64,000 nt of DNA from Thermoplasmata archaeon (GTDB lineage Archaea > Thermoplasmatota > Thermoplasmata > Lutacidiplasmatales > UBA184). The position numbers were made by a program, and so were the translations under genes. The notes beneath the pieces are model-generated. The model was not told the DNA's origin and did not search any database. It worked only from the letters and a program-made list of their open reading frames with translations. The stretch is taken from positions 81,788-145,787 of the forward strand of contig JAKAAX010000003.1 in the NCBI GenBank assembly GCA_021802125.1. Reading direction: 5' to 3'. Positions 1 through 8,701 of the stretch are shown piece by piece (the first letter of the stretch is position 1; each line of letters starts with the position of its first letter).

Positions 1-1
1 C

Positions 2-1453
2 CAGGACGCCGTGGAGATCCTCTGCAACGATGCCGGTCCGACCGTCATCGAGATGGAGCACTTCGGCACCATCTTCAACCGGGCCCCGGACGGTTCGCTC
101 GACCGCCGCGCCTTCGGCGGGGCTTCCTACAACCGCACCATCTTCTCGGCGGACCGGACCGGTCTCGCCCTCCTCCAGGGGCTCTACGAGGAGCTCTCGC
201 GCGAGAAGCGGATCCACGTCTTCGAGGAGTGGACCGCGATCGACATCGTCGCCCGCCAGGGCGTCGTGCAGGGGGTCGTCGCGCTGGACCGGAAGAGCGG
301 GGCCATCGAAGGGTTCTCCGCCCGCGCCGTCGTCGTCGCCACGGGCCCCTTCGGCCGGATGTACCCCAACACCACCAACTCCCACGCCTCCACCGGGGAC
401 GGCACCGCGCTCGCCTACCGGGCCGGGGCGTTCCTCAAGGACATGGAGATGGTCCAGTTCCACCCCACCTGCCTCCCCGGCTCCTGGATCCTCATCACCG
501 AGGGGGCCCGCGGCGAGGGCGGGATCCTGAAGAACGGGAAGGGGGAGCGCTTCATGACGCGCTACGCCCCGAACAAGCTCGAGCTCGCTTCCCGCGACGT
601 CGTCTCCCGCGCCATCGCGACCGAGGTGAAGGAGGGCCGGGGCTTCCCCGACGGGACCTGCCACCTGGAGCTCATGCATCTCGGCAAGGAGAAGATCACG
701 ACGAAGCTCCAGGAGATCGTGGAGTTCTGCCGGAACTTCGCCGGCATCGACCCCGTGGTCGAGGCCATCCCGGTCTACCCTGGCCAGCACTACATGATGG
801 GCGGGGTGAGCACCAACCCCCGCGCCGAGACCAACATCACCGGGCTCTACGCCGCAGGGGAGGCCGCCTGCGTCTCGGTGCACGGGGCGAACCGGCTCGG
901 AGCGAACTCGCTCCTGGAGACGCTCGTCTACGGGAAGATCGCGGGCGCGAACGCCGCCACGTACGCCGCGAAGGCCCCCGAGAGCGGGCTGACGCAAGCG
1001 GACGTCGACCTCGCGACCAAGAAGCTCCACGTCATCTGGGACCGCAAGCAGGGGGAGTCCCCTGCGAAGATCCGCCAGGACCTCCAGAAGGTCATGAAGG
1101 AGAACGTGGGGATCTACCGCACCCCGGAAGAGCTCCTCACGGCGCAGAAGAAGGTCGCCGAGCTCAAGGGGCGCTACGCGAACGTCTACGTCCAGGACAA
1201 GTCCACCACCTACAACGTGAACCTGACCGACGCGCTGGAGCTGGGCTACCTCCTCGACCTCGCGGAGTGCATCGTCGCGGCCGCGATCCTCCGGACCGAG
1301 TCCAGGGGTGCGCACGTCCGGCTCGACTTCCCGAAGCGCGACGACGCGAACTGGCTCAAACACATCCTCGTCCAGGCCTCTCCGGCGGGCCCGAAGCTCT
1401 CTTTCCTGCCCGTGACCGTCACGAGCTACCAGCCGATGGAGCGCCACTACTGA
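2..1453 (+). CDS. sdhA: Succinate dehydrogenase/fumarate reductase flavoprotein subunit (5' end cut by window edge)
   Basis: Frame is open from nt 2. Typical SdhA/FrdA motifs are present: HPTC...ITEGARGEGG, ASRDVVSRAI, ESRGAHVRLDFP. Confidence 0.92.
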   Translation, partial: QDAVEILCNDAGPTVIEMEHFGTIFNRAPDGSLDRRAFGGASYNRTIFSADRTGLALLQGLYEELSREKRIHVFEEWTAIDIVARQGVVQGVVALDRKSGAIEGFSARAVVVATGPFGRMYPNTTNSHASTGDGTALAYRAGAFLKDMEMVQFHPTCLPGSWILITEGARGEGGILKNGKGERFMTRYAPNKLELASRDVVSRAIATEVKEGRGFPDGTCHLELMHLGKEKITTKLQEIVEFCRNFAGIDPVVEAIPVYPGQHYMMGGVSTNPRAETNITGLYAAGEAACVSVHGANRLGANSLLETLVYGKIAGANAATYAAKAPESGLTQADVDLATKKLHVIWDRKQGESPAKIRQDLQKVMKENVGIYRTPEELLTAQKKVAELKGRYANVYVQDKSTTYNVNLTDALELGYLLDLAECIVAAAILRTESRGAHVRLDFPKRDDANWLKHILVQASPAGPKLSFLPVTVTSYQPMERHY

Positions 1454-1493
1454 GTCGGTGGACCGGGGCGGAAAGGGAAGGGAGGGAAGAACC

Positions 1494-2588
1494 ATGGTGC
1501 GCGTGCCCATCGAGGTGTTCCGGGGAGGGGCAGGGACCCCGAACCGATTCGACAAGTTCGAGCTCGAGCTGGAGGAGCATACCCCCATCCTGACCGCGCT
1601 CCTCAAGATCCGCGACGAGATCGACCCGACGCTCGCCGCCCGCTACTCCTGCCGCCAGGCGATCTGCGGCTCCTGCGCCGTGCGCGTGAACGGGAAGAGC
1701 CGGCTCGCGTGCGTGACGCAGGTCGGCCCCGAGCTCGCGAAGCGCGGAAAGCTCCGGATCGAGCCGATGGGAAACCAGCCGGTCCTCCGCGACCTGGTCG
1801 TCGACCAGAAGCCGTTCTGGGACCGCTACCACCGCATCGAGCCCTACCTCATCCCGGACCCCGCGCACCCGATGCCGGTGGGAAAGGAGAACCCGATGTC
1901 CCCCGAGCAGGTCGCCCAGTTCCAGGAGACCCCTCGGTGCATCGCCTGCGCCTCCTGCTTCTCCGCCTGCCCCGCTCTCGACTCCGACCCGGATTTCCTG
2001 GGCCCGATGGCGCTCGCGAAGCTCTTCCGGTTCGTCGTGGACCCCCGCGACGGGGCGTTCCATCAGCGCCTGGAGACGGTGCAGAACCAGTCGCTCTGGC
2101 TCTGCCTGCGCTGCAACCTCTGCGTCGAGGCCTGCCCGAAGGACGTTCGGCCCGCCGAGCGGATCGTCGACCTCAAGTGGATGGCCAACCAGGAGATCGG
2201 CAAGCGTGAGCCGGGCAGCAAGCACTCCATCGGGTTCGCCGAGAACATCCAGGAGGGCGGCCTCCTCAACGAGCGCCGCCTGGCGATGGACTCGCTCGGG
2301 CTCATCGGGACGCTCGGCCAGCTCCCGAAGGCCATCACCATGATGCGGCACGGCCGGTCGATCAAGAAGCACCCCCCGATCCAGGGCCGCGAACAGCTCG
2401 ATGTCATCTACAACGCCATGAGCGGGCGCGAGGACCTCCAGCACCGCCCGATGTCCGGTGAGGGAGGGGTCCGAGGAAAGGCGCCCACGCCGCCTCCAGC
2501 TGCGGCGTCTCCGCCTCCGGCCACGGCCACGACCACGGCCGCGGCGAAACCCCGCCCCTCCGGCGAGACGAAGGAGGCCCATCCATGA
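1494..2588 (+). CDS. sdhB: Succinate dehydrogenase/fumarate reductase iron-sulfur subunit with long C-terminal extension
   Basis: ATG at 1494 is preceded by GGAGGG. Cluster motifs are CRQAICGSCAV (2Fe-2S), CIACASCFSACP and CLRCNLCVEACP (four Cys in the third motif). About 110 extra C-terminal residues end in a P/A/T-rich tail. Confidence 0.88.
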   Translation: MVRVPIEVFRGGAGTPNRFDKFELELEEHTPILTALLKIRDEIDPTLAARYSCRQAICGSCAVRVNGKSRLACVTQVGPELAKRGKLRIEPMGNQPVLRDLVVDQKPFWDRYHRIEPYLIPDPAHPMPVGKENPMSPEQVAQFQETPRCIACASCFSACPALDSDPDFLGPMALAKLFRFVVDPRDGAFHQRLETVQNQSLWLCLRCNLCVEACPKDVRPAERIVDLKWMANQEIGKREPGSKHSIGFAENIQEGGLLNERRLAMDSLGLIGTLGQLPKAITMMRHGRSIKKHPPIQGREQLDVIYNAMSGREDLQHRPMSGEGGVRGKAPTPPPAAASPPPATATTTAAAKPRPSGETKEAHP

Positions 2589-3481
2589 AGGTCGCCTACT
2601 ACCCTGGCTGCGTCGCACAGGAGTCGGGCAAGGAGCTCGACCTGGCCACGCGCGCCGTCGCGCCCCGCCTCGGGATCGAGCTCCAGGACTTCCCCAGCTT
2701 CTCGTGCTGCGGCAGCGGGTTCATCGACGAGTCGAACTACGCGCTGAACACCGCGCTGAACGCGAGGAACCTGGCGATCGCGGAGAAGGCCGGGCTCGCG
2801 ACGGTGATGACCGTCTGCTCGACCTGCCAGGGGATGCTGAAGCTCGCCAAGCGGAACCTTGCGGAGAACAAGGTCCTCCGGGCCCGCGCGGACAAGGTCC
2901 TCGCCCAGATCGGCATGGAGTACCGCGGCACCGTCGAGCCCAAGCACATGCTCCAGCTCATTGTCGAGGACCTCGGGGGAGCGGAGAAGCTCCGGCCGCT
3001 CGTCAAGCGGCCGCTGAAGGGACTGAAGGTGGGCGCCTTCTACGGCTGCCACATCCTCCGCCCTCACGACACGATGAACTTCGAGGACCCGGAGGACCCG
3101 CACAGCTTCGAGGACGTGATCCGGGCGCTCGGGGCGGAGCCGGTCGACTACCGTGGCCGGGTCATGTGCTGCGGCTTCCCGATCCAGTTCGTCCGGCCCA
3201 AGACCGGTCAGAAGCTCGCAGGTAAGCAGATCCTGGACGCGAAGCGGAACGGCGCGAACGCCATGGCCACCCCGTGTCCTCTCTGCCACATCTCGCTCGA
3301 CACCTACCAGAAGGAAGCCGGACGCGAGGTCGGCGACGACCTGCAGATGCCCGTCTTCCACTTCCCGCAGCTGGTGGGGCTCGCCCTGGGCATGGACCCC
3401 ATCGCGCTGGGCGTCAAGCGCCACCTGGTCGACACCTCGAGCGCTCTCGAGAAGCTCGGGACCGTGGGCGTCCCGGCGTAG
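2585..3481 (+). CDS. HdrB-like CCG-domain subunit (type-E SdhC / thiol:fumarate reductase-like)
   Basis: Two Cys-rich CCG-type motifs (FSCCGSG...CSTCQ and MCCGFP...CPLCH). ATGA start/stop overlap with sdhB. Confidence 0.8.
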   Translation: MKVAYYPGCVAQESGKELDLATRAVAPRLGIELQDFPSFSCCGSGFIDESNYALNTALNARNLAIAEKAGLATVMTVCSTCQGMLKLAKRNLAENKVLRARADKVLAQIGMEYRGTVEPKHMLQLIVEDLGGAEKLRPLVKRPLKGLKVGAFYGCHILRPHDTMNFEDPEDPHSFEDVIRALGAEPVDYRGRVMCCGFPIQFVRPKTGQKLAGKQILDAKRNGANAMATPCPLCHISLDTYQKEAGREVGDDLQMPVFHFPQLVGLALGMDPIALGVKRHLVDTSSALEKLGTVGVPA

Positions 3482-3495
3482 GGCGAGGGCGCCCC

Positions 3496-4908
3496 GTGGC
3501 GGATCCTCGGCGGGCGCCCGCCCCCGAGAGCCCCCGGCTCCGTCGGCTCCAGCGTGACCTGGGTCGGGCACCCCAGCGGGCCCTCGATCGCTTCTGGCAG
3601 GAGATCGAGCGGAGAGGGACCCCGCTCGTCGAGCCGGTGGCCCGGAACGACCCGAGGGCGGTAGGGGACTCCACCGACCCGGATAGGACGGTCACGGACC
3701 ACGACCACCTCGTGACGCTCCTGTTCCGGGGAAAGAGCGACGTCCGTTCCGTGGAGGTGCAGTGCTCCTTCGGAAGCAAGTTTCCCACGCGGCTCGAACT
3801 CCTGCCCGGCACCGACGTGTGGTACCGCACCTGGCGACTGAGCGACCGGTTCCGTGGCTCGTACCGGTTCGTCGTGAACCTCCCCGCGCGCGGCCCGCTC
3901 TCGAACCTGTCCTGGATCGAGCGAACGCGCCGGTCGATCACGGACCCGTTGAACCCACGGCGGTTCCTCGACCCCACGGACCCCGGCGACCCCGGGGGCC
4001 CGCACGGCTTCGCCTCCTCCGAGGTCGTCATGCCCCGGGCCCCGGACCGCGCCTGGCTCCGCGAGGCGTTCACCGGCCGGGTCCAGGGCCGGCTGGTGGA
4101 GGAGCGCATCGAGAGCCGCGCCCTCCGGCGTCAGCTTCCCCGACCGTGGTGGGAGAAGCGCCAGATCCCCGGTCGGCACGACCGACGACGGGTCTGGGTC
4201 TATCTTCCGGGCGGAGCAGGAACGGGAGCAGGACCTCGGTCCGTGGACCCCAGGAACCTGGTGGTCTTCCTCGACGGTTTCGACTACGCGCACGTTCTCG
4301 CCGCCCCGTCGACCCTGGAGGCGCTCGCCCGGCGCGGGTCGATCGGACCCACCGCGGCCCTCTTCGTCGAGCACGGACCGAAGAACTACCGGGGGGTGGA
4401 CCTCTGGTGGAACGAGCCTTTCGGGGAGTTCCTGGCCGACGAGCTCCTCCCCTGGGCCCGCGGCCGCTTCGGGTGGTCCAAGCTCTCCGCTACCCGGACG
4501 GTTCTGGCCGGTGCGAGCCTGGGGGGTCAGACCGCCCTGCTCTGGGCGCTTCGCCGCCCCGAGGTCTTCGGCGCGGTGCTCTCCCAATCCGGATCGTTCC
4601 AGAACGCGCCCGACCCTTTCCGGGAGGAGCCGAACTGGACCGCCCGCTGGGTCGCGGACCACCCTCGGGTGCCCATCCGGGTCCACCTCGAGGTCGGGCT
4701 ACGCGAAACGGTGCTGCCCTTCGGAGCGACGCGGTACCCGACGATCCTGTCCTCGAACCGTCACCTGCGGGACGTGCTGCGCGCCAAGGGGTACCCGCTC
4801 AGTTACTCCGAGTTCGATGGGGGCCACGACGACGGGTGCTGGAGGCAGACGCTGGCGGACGGGCTGGTCGCCCTCCTGGGGCGACCTTCGGCGCGTCCGA
4901 AGCGCTGA
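3496..4908 (+). CDS. Enterochelin-esterase-like alpha/beta hydrolase (putative esterase family)
   Basis: N-terminal Fes-like domain, then a hydrolase core with the nucleophile motif GASLGG. The GTG start at 3496 was chosen because the 3274 start overlaps the previous gene, so the start is uncertain. Confidence 0.65.
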   Translation: MADPRRAPAPESPRLRRLQRDLGRAPQRALDRFWQEIERRGTPLVEPVARNDPRAVGDSTDPDRTVTDHDHLVTLLFRGKSDVRSVEVQCSFGSKFPTRLELLPGTDVWYRTWRLSDRFRGSYRFVVNLPARGPLSNLSWIERTRRSITDPLNPRRFLDPTDPGDPGGPHGFASSEVVMPRAPDRAWLREAFTGRVQGRLVEERIESRALRRQLPRPWWEKRQIPGRHDRRRVWVYLPGGAGTGAGPRSVDPRNLVVFLDGFDYAHVLAAPSTLEALARRGSIGPTAALFVEHGPKNYRGVDLWWNEPFGEFLADELLPWARGRFGWSKLSATRTVLAGASLGGQTALLWALRRPEVFGAVLSQSGSFQNAPDPFREEPNWTARWVADHPRVPIRVHLEVGLRETVLPFGATRYPTILSSNRHLRDVLRAKGYPLSYSEFDGGHDDGCWRQTLADGLVALLGRPSARPKR

Positions 4909-4918
4909 GGTCGAACGC

Positions 4919-5188
4919 CTACGGACCCGCTTCCCGCGTCTCCGCGGGTGCGGGGAGCACCGCGGTGGCCCCTTTCGTGACGAAGTAGTGCAGACGGTCG
5001 CACTGCTTCTGGAAGTACCCGCTCCCCTCCTTCGCGAACTCCGATAGGAGCGCAGGGAGCTCCTCCTCCTTCGCCGAGGCTTCGAGGACGGGAGAGAACA
5101 TGCAGGGGAAGACGACCACGAGCCGCTCGTCCATGACGAGGCGCTCGGTCTCGGGGGCGCCGCAGAAGGGACAGTTCAGCTTCGGCAT
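4919..5188 (-). CDS. Small hypothetical protein with N-terminal CPFCG zinc-ribbon-like motif
   Basis: 89-aa ORF with normal amino-acid composition, unlike the R/P/G-rich overlapping frames. Confidence 0.45.
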   Translation of the reverse strand: MPKLNCPFCGAPETERLVMDERLVVVFPCMFSPVLEASAKEEELPALLSEFAKEGSGYFQKQCDRLHYFVTKGATAVLPAPAETREAGP

Positions 5189-5289
5189 GGGGACTCCGAC
5201 CCGGAAGAGGACCGGGCTCCGACACGGCTCACGCGCCGGAGCTCAAAGGGTTCGCGCCCTCGCGGGCCTCGTCGGACGAAGAGGATCGT

Positions 5290-5529
5290 TCAGACGAGGC
5301 TGCCCATCTCCCAGGCCCAGCCGGGGGCCGGGTCGTCGGGGCGGATGTCCACTCGCGGAGGGGCGTGGCCGGACCCGCCGCAGTAGGTGCAGGAGCGGGT
5401 GACCTCCTCCAGTACGCTCGCGCGCTCATCGTACCGCCACCGCCGCTCCACGCCCTCTCCCCGACAGATCGGGCAGGGTGAGGTCTCCTGCGTGGGGTTC
5501 GATGCGGGCGAGCGCCCCTTGCTCTCCAT
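5290..5529 (-). CDS. Small Cys-rich protein with two DnaJ-type CxxCxGxG motifs
   Basis: Motifs CPICRGEG and CTYCGGSG. An AT-rich TATA-like box lies about 36 nt upstream. Confidence 0.5.
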   Translation of the reverse strand: MESKGRSPASNPTQETSPCPICRGEGVERRWRYDERASVLEEVTRSCTYCGGSGHAPPRVDIRPDDPAPGWAWEMGSLV

Positions 5530-5560
5530 ACGTACTCCTACATACTACTTCCACGCGGGG

Positions 5561-5568
5561 GTATTTAA
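5561..5568 (-). promoter_or_regulatory. TATA-like box TTAAATAC (minus strand) upstream of the 5290..5529 gene
   Basis: AT-rich octamer in a GC-rich background. The same TAAATAC core recurs upstream of the 16S gene and of 51491. Confidence 0.4.
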
Positions 5569-5670
5569 CCGCAATTCTACAGTGGAACGTTATACGCGGT
5601 GAGGAGGGGGCTCCTCGACGACCCCGGCCCCACGTGGACCGGCCAATGCGCAGGCGGAGAGGATCGCTCC

Positions 5671-7230
5671 TCAGATCCCTTCCCAACGGAAGCTGCCGGG
5701 ACGCAGAGAGAAGAGGACCCCTTGTTCGGAGAGCTGGAGCAAGTGCTCCTCGAGCTCCTCGCGGTCCGACCAGAGCCCTTTCGAGCGCAGCCGCGACCAC
5801 AGGTCCGCGAGCGACATGTCCCCGCGCTCCATCAGCACCGCGCGAAGGACGAAGTAGCGCGCCTGGGACCTCTTCGACCGCAGGCGCCCGCCCCTGGAGA
5901 GCAGTTCGCGCGTCGCGCGGGAGCTCCCGAGCGCCGGGTCGGACACCGCGGCCACCAACCGGTCCGCGATCGCGAGGAGGTCCTCCGGGAGGACCGCCGC
6001 GCGACCGACGAGCTTCGCCCGTCCGGTCCCGGCTTGGACGAGATGGTCGCGGAGCCCCCGGGCGTGGAGCAGGACGCCATCGAAGTCGGATCGCGGGAGC
6101 CCCAGTTGGGTCGGCAGGTCGGTGAGCGCCTCGCGCACCTTCCCCAGGGCGAGGTCGAGGCACCGGTGGAGCTCCTCCGTCTCGGGCAGCTGCGGTTCGT
6201 GGAAGTGCGCCCGGACGAGATGGTCCGCCCACTCCCCCGCCGCCTCCTCGGGGACCCGGGTCATGGCGAGCTCCTGCCATCGGTCCGCCGGCTCCATGAG
6301 CGGGACGTGCGGGTCGAACAGCACCCGGTAGAGGTCGTCGCCGTCGGCCCCTCCGTAGAGCAGGTGCGAGGACTCGAAGCCGCTCCCCTTGCTCTGGACC
6401 CGGTCCCACGCGCGGGAGCCGAGGGTGTCGATCACCACGGAGTAGGGAGCCGAGTAGGAGGGGCCGAGCGACCCTCGCGATCCTCGTGACCCTCGCGCTC
6501 CACGGCCCTTCCCCCGGGCCAGTCGGACCTGCCACGGGGGAAGCAGCGCACGCAGAGGAGCCACCGCCGGCGAGAGCACCCCGGTGGGAACCCCCCAGCT
6601 GCCCATCACGACGTCCAGCCCTGGGGGACGGCCGTGGAACGGAGGCGCCCCGACGAACGGCAGCAGCAGGAGCGGCGCGAGTCCCGGGTCCAGGCCCGTC
6701 GCGTCGGAGAAGCCCCGCACCGCCTCTTCCGCTTCGCGCGCGGAGAGGGTGGGCGGGGGGAAGAACTCGGACTCCGCGACCCGCTCGGGGCTCTCCGCCC
6801 AGAGGACGTCCTCGGAGAGCAGGCCGCGCTTCTCGTCCTTCCAGACCACCACCCGCCGGCGGGGCCGGGGGATCCGGTAGCACCGGCCCTCGTGGGGCCG
6901 TTCCTCCGGGTCCTCGAGGACGATCCAGGGGCCTTCGACCGGTCGGGCCGGGAGGGGGTAGGCCCGGAACGTCGCTCGGCGGCCGACCGCGCGGAAGAGC
7001 CCGGGGGGCGCGGGGGCCTCCCGCAAGACGGCGACGAGGTCGGAGGGGACCCTCTGACCCAACGGGGTCTGCCGGTAGCTGTGGAGCCAGGAGGTCCACC
7101 TCTCCCGCAGCTCGCGCTCGTACGGGAGGTAGGTCGACCCCAGCTCCAGGAGGCTCGGGGGGTCTCCCGGGAGGACCGGGGCCCAGCCTTGCAGTCGGGG
7201 CCTCGTGAGCCCGCTCGGAAGCGCCGCCAC
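5671..7230 (-). CDS. Hypothetical protein: possible degenerate MCM/AAA+-like core plus C-terminal winged-helix
   Basis: This is the only frame with protein-like composition. The GTG start lies 2 nt after the sat stop. Remote, memory-based resemblance to MCM: VGAPPFHGR in place of Walker A, VVIDTLG in place of Walker B, an LYRVLFD...MEP segment, and a wHTH-like tail. Confidence 0.5.
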   Translation of the reverse strand: MAALPSGLTRPRLQGWAPVLPGDPPSLLELGSTYLPYERELRERWTSWLHSYRQTPLGQRVPSDLVAVLREAPAPPGLFRAVGRRATFRAYPLPARPVEGPWIVLEDPEERPHEGRCYRIPRPRRRVVVWKDEKRGLLSEDVLWAESPERVAESEFFPPPTLSAREAEEAVRGFSDATGLDPGLAPLLLLPFVGAPPFHGRPPGLDVVMGSWGVPTGVLSPAVAPLRALLPPWQVRLARGKGRGARGSRGSRGSLGPSYSAPYSVVIDTLGSRAWDRVQSKGSGFESSHLLYGGADGDDLYRVLFDPHVPLMEPADRWQELAMTRVPEEAAGEWADHLVRAHFHEPQLPETEELHRCLDLALGKVREALTDLPTQLGLPRSDFDGVLLHARGLRDHLVQAGTGRAKLVGRAAVLPEDLLAIADRLVAAVSDPALGSSRATRELLSRGGRLRSKRSQARYFVLRAVLMERGDMSLADLWSRLRSKGLWSDREELEEHLLQLSEQGVLFSLRPGSFRWEGI

Positions 7231-7232
7231 GG

Positions 7233-8378
7233 TCAGGCTACGAACGGGGCGGGGAACCGGAGGATCGCGTCCGCGACCTCCGGACGCATCACCTCGGGCC
7301 GGGGACGCTCCCCTCTCAGGATCTGCTCCCGGACCTCGGTGCCCTTGAACGTGACCCGCGCGGAGGCGGGGTGCGGGCAGGTCTTCTCGGTGGAGATCCC
7401 CATGCACTTCGTGCACCAGAAGGTGTTGGTGTAGAAGAGCGGGGTCACTCCGAGGTCGTCGTACTCCCCGAAGATCGCCCAGGAGTCGTAGGGCCCGTAG
7501 AAGTTCCCGACCCCCGCCGCGTCGCGTCCGACGATGAAGTGGGTGCAGCCGTAGTTCCTTCGAACGAGGGCGTGGTAGAGCGCCTCCCGGGGCCCGGCGT
7601 AGCGCATGAAGGTCCGGAAGTAGGAGAAGAAGACCCGCTCGGGCGGGAAGTAGTTCTCCACCAGCGCGTCGTACGCGGAGGCGATGACCTCGTCCTTGAA
7701 GTCGCCGCTCTTCTTCTCGCCGATGAGCGGGTGGACGAACAGCCCGTCCGTGAGCTCGAGCGCGTGCCGCTGCAGGTACTCGTGCCCGACGTGCGGCGCG
7801 TTCCGGGTCTGGAACCCGACGACCTTCTTCCACTTCCTCCGGGCGAACTCGGCCCGGACGGCTTCCGGGGAGAGGGAGCGCGAGGCGTACGGGTCGGCCG
7901 GAGCCTTCTCGAGCCGGAAGCTCCCCCCGACCATCTCCGTTCCCAGCGTGTCGAGCCGCCGGACCCCCGGGTGCTCCCTCGAGGTGGTGCGGTAGACGCC
8001 GCTGGCGCAGGCCTCCTTGTCCCACGAGAAGATCTCCTCGACCTTCAGCACGGCCGAGGCCTCGGTCCCCGCGACCCCCAGGAGGACCTCGTCGCCCTCC
8101 TTCCATCCGGCTTCCCGGCCTCCCAGGTCCTGGAGCGGGAAGTTCACCGGCAGTGGCCACGGCTTGTCGTTCTGCAGCCGTCCTTCCTTGACCACGCGGT
8201 CGTGGTCGTTGCGGACCAGGAACCCATGGAGCGGGGCGTACACCCCTGTGGCCAGGTTGACGCCTTCCTGGAAGAGGAGAGGGCTCACCGCGGTGACGCC
8301 GCGGGTGGCCGGAGCTTTGGGGTGGGTCGCAGCTTGGCGGTGGCTGGGGTTGTGGCTCATGGAGTACCGGGCCACCAT
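7233..8378 (-). CDS. sat: Sulfate adenylyltransferase (ATP sulfurylase)
   Basis: Motifs FQTRNAPHVGHEYL and GCTHFIVGRDAAGVG. An alternative ATG lies at 8360. Confidence 0.9.
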   Translation of the reverse strand: MVARYSMSHNPSHRQAATHPKAPATRGVTAVSPLLFQEGVNLATGVYAPLHGFLVRNDHDRVVKEGRLQNDKPWPLPVNFPLQDLGGREAGWKEGDEVLLGVAGTEASAVLKVEEIFSWDKEACASGVYRTTSREHPGVRRLDTLGTEMVGGSFRLEKAPADPYASRSLSPEAVRAEFARRKWKKVVGFQTRNAPHVGHEYLQRHALELTDGLFVHPLIGEKKSGDFKDEVIASAYDALVENYFPPERVFFSYFRTFMRYAGPREALYHALVRRNYGCTHFIVGRDAAGVGNFYGPYDSWAIFGEYDDLGVTPLFYTNTFWCTKCMGISTEKTCPHPASARVTFKGTEVREQILRGERPRPEVMRPEVADAILRFPAPFVA

Positions 8379-8463
8379 CCCGAAGGGGATATTCGGCCTT
8401 TTCGCACGGCGGAGCCCTCTGCCAGGTGAGGGTCTCGCCGCCTGCCAAGGGCCGGGGCGCGGG

Positions 8464-8682
8464 TCAGTCGATGTAGCCCAGCGCCTTCAGGCGGTCCTTC
8501 ACCCGGGCCTCGTCGCGCGCCGAGAGCGGCTCGCCGTCCTGGGCCGCGACCTCGGTCAGGCGGGCGAGCACGAAGGCCACGAAGTCGTCGACGGAGGCGA
8601 ACCCCGTGCCCTTGATCCGCTCCTGGATGCGGTCCCGGAGCTCCCTCGGGATCTGGACCGGGACGGTGGTGGGCTCCGGCAT
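8464..8682 (-). CDS. Ribbon-helix-helix (CopG-like) small DNA-binding protein
   Basis: 72 aa. N-terminal beta-strand-like PVQIPRELRDRIQ followed by helices; typical archaeal RHH layout. Confidence 0.55.
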   Translation of the reverse strand: MPEPTTVPVQIPRELRDRIQERIKGTGFASVDDFVAFVLARLTEVAAQDGEPLSARDEARVKDRLKALGYID

Positions 8683-8701
8683 GGGGACCCTTTCGAGGGC
8701 C

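Noticed and set aside
3274-3495. Start of the esterase ORF at 3274
   Set aside because: It would overlap the HdrB-like gene by more than 200 nt, and the overlapping part translates to R/P/G-rich junk. The in-frame GTG at 3496, just after the upstream stop, is preferred.
5426-7099. 557-aa ORF on the minus strand, with similar long ORFs at 1419..2618, 2408..3571, 19316..23419, 30650..33100, 35257..37065, 54761..56734 and 55591..57444
   Set aside because: The translations are dominated by R/P/G/A runs typical of off-frame or antisense reading of very GC-rich coding DNA. Each one overlaps a gene with clear family motifs in another frame.
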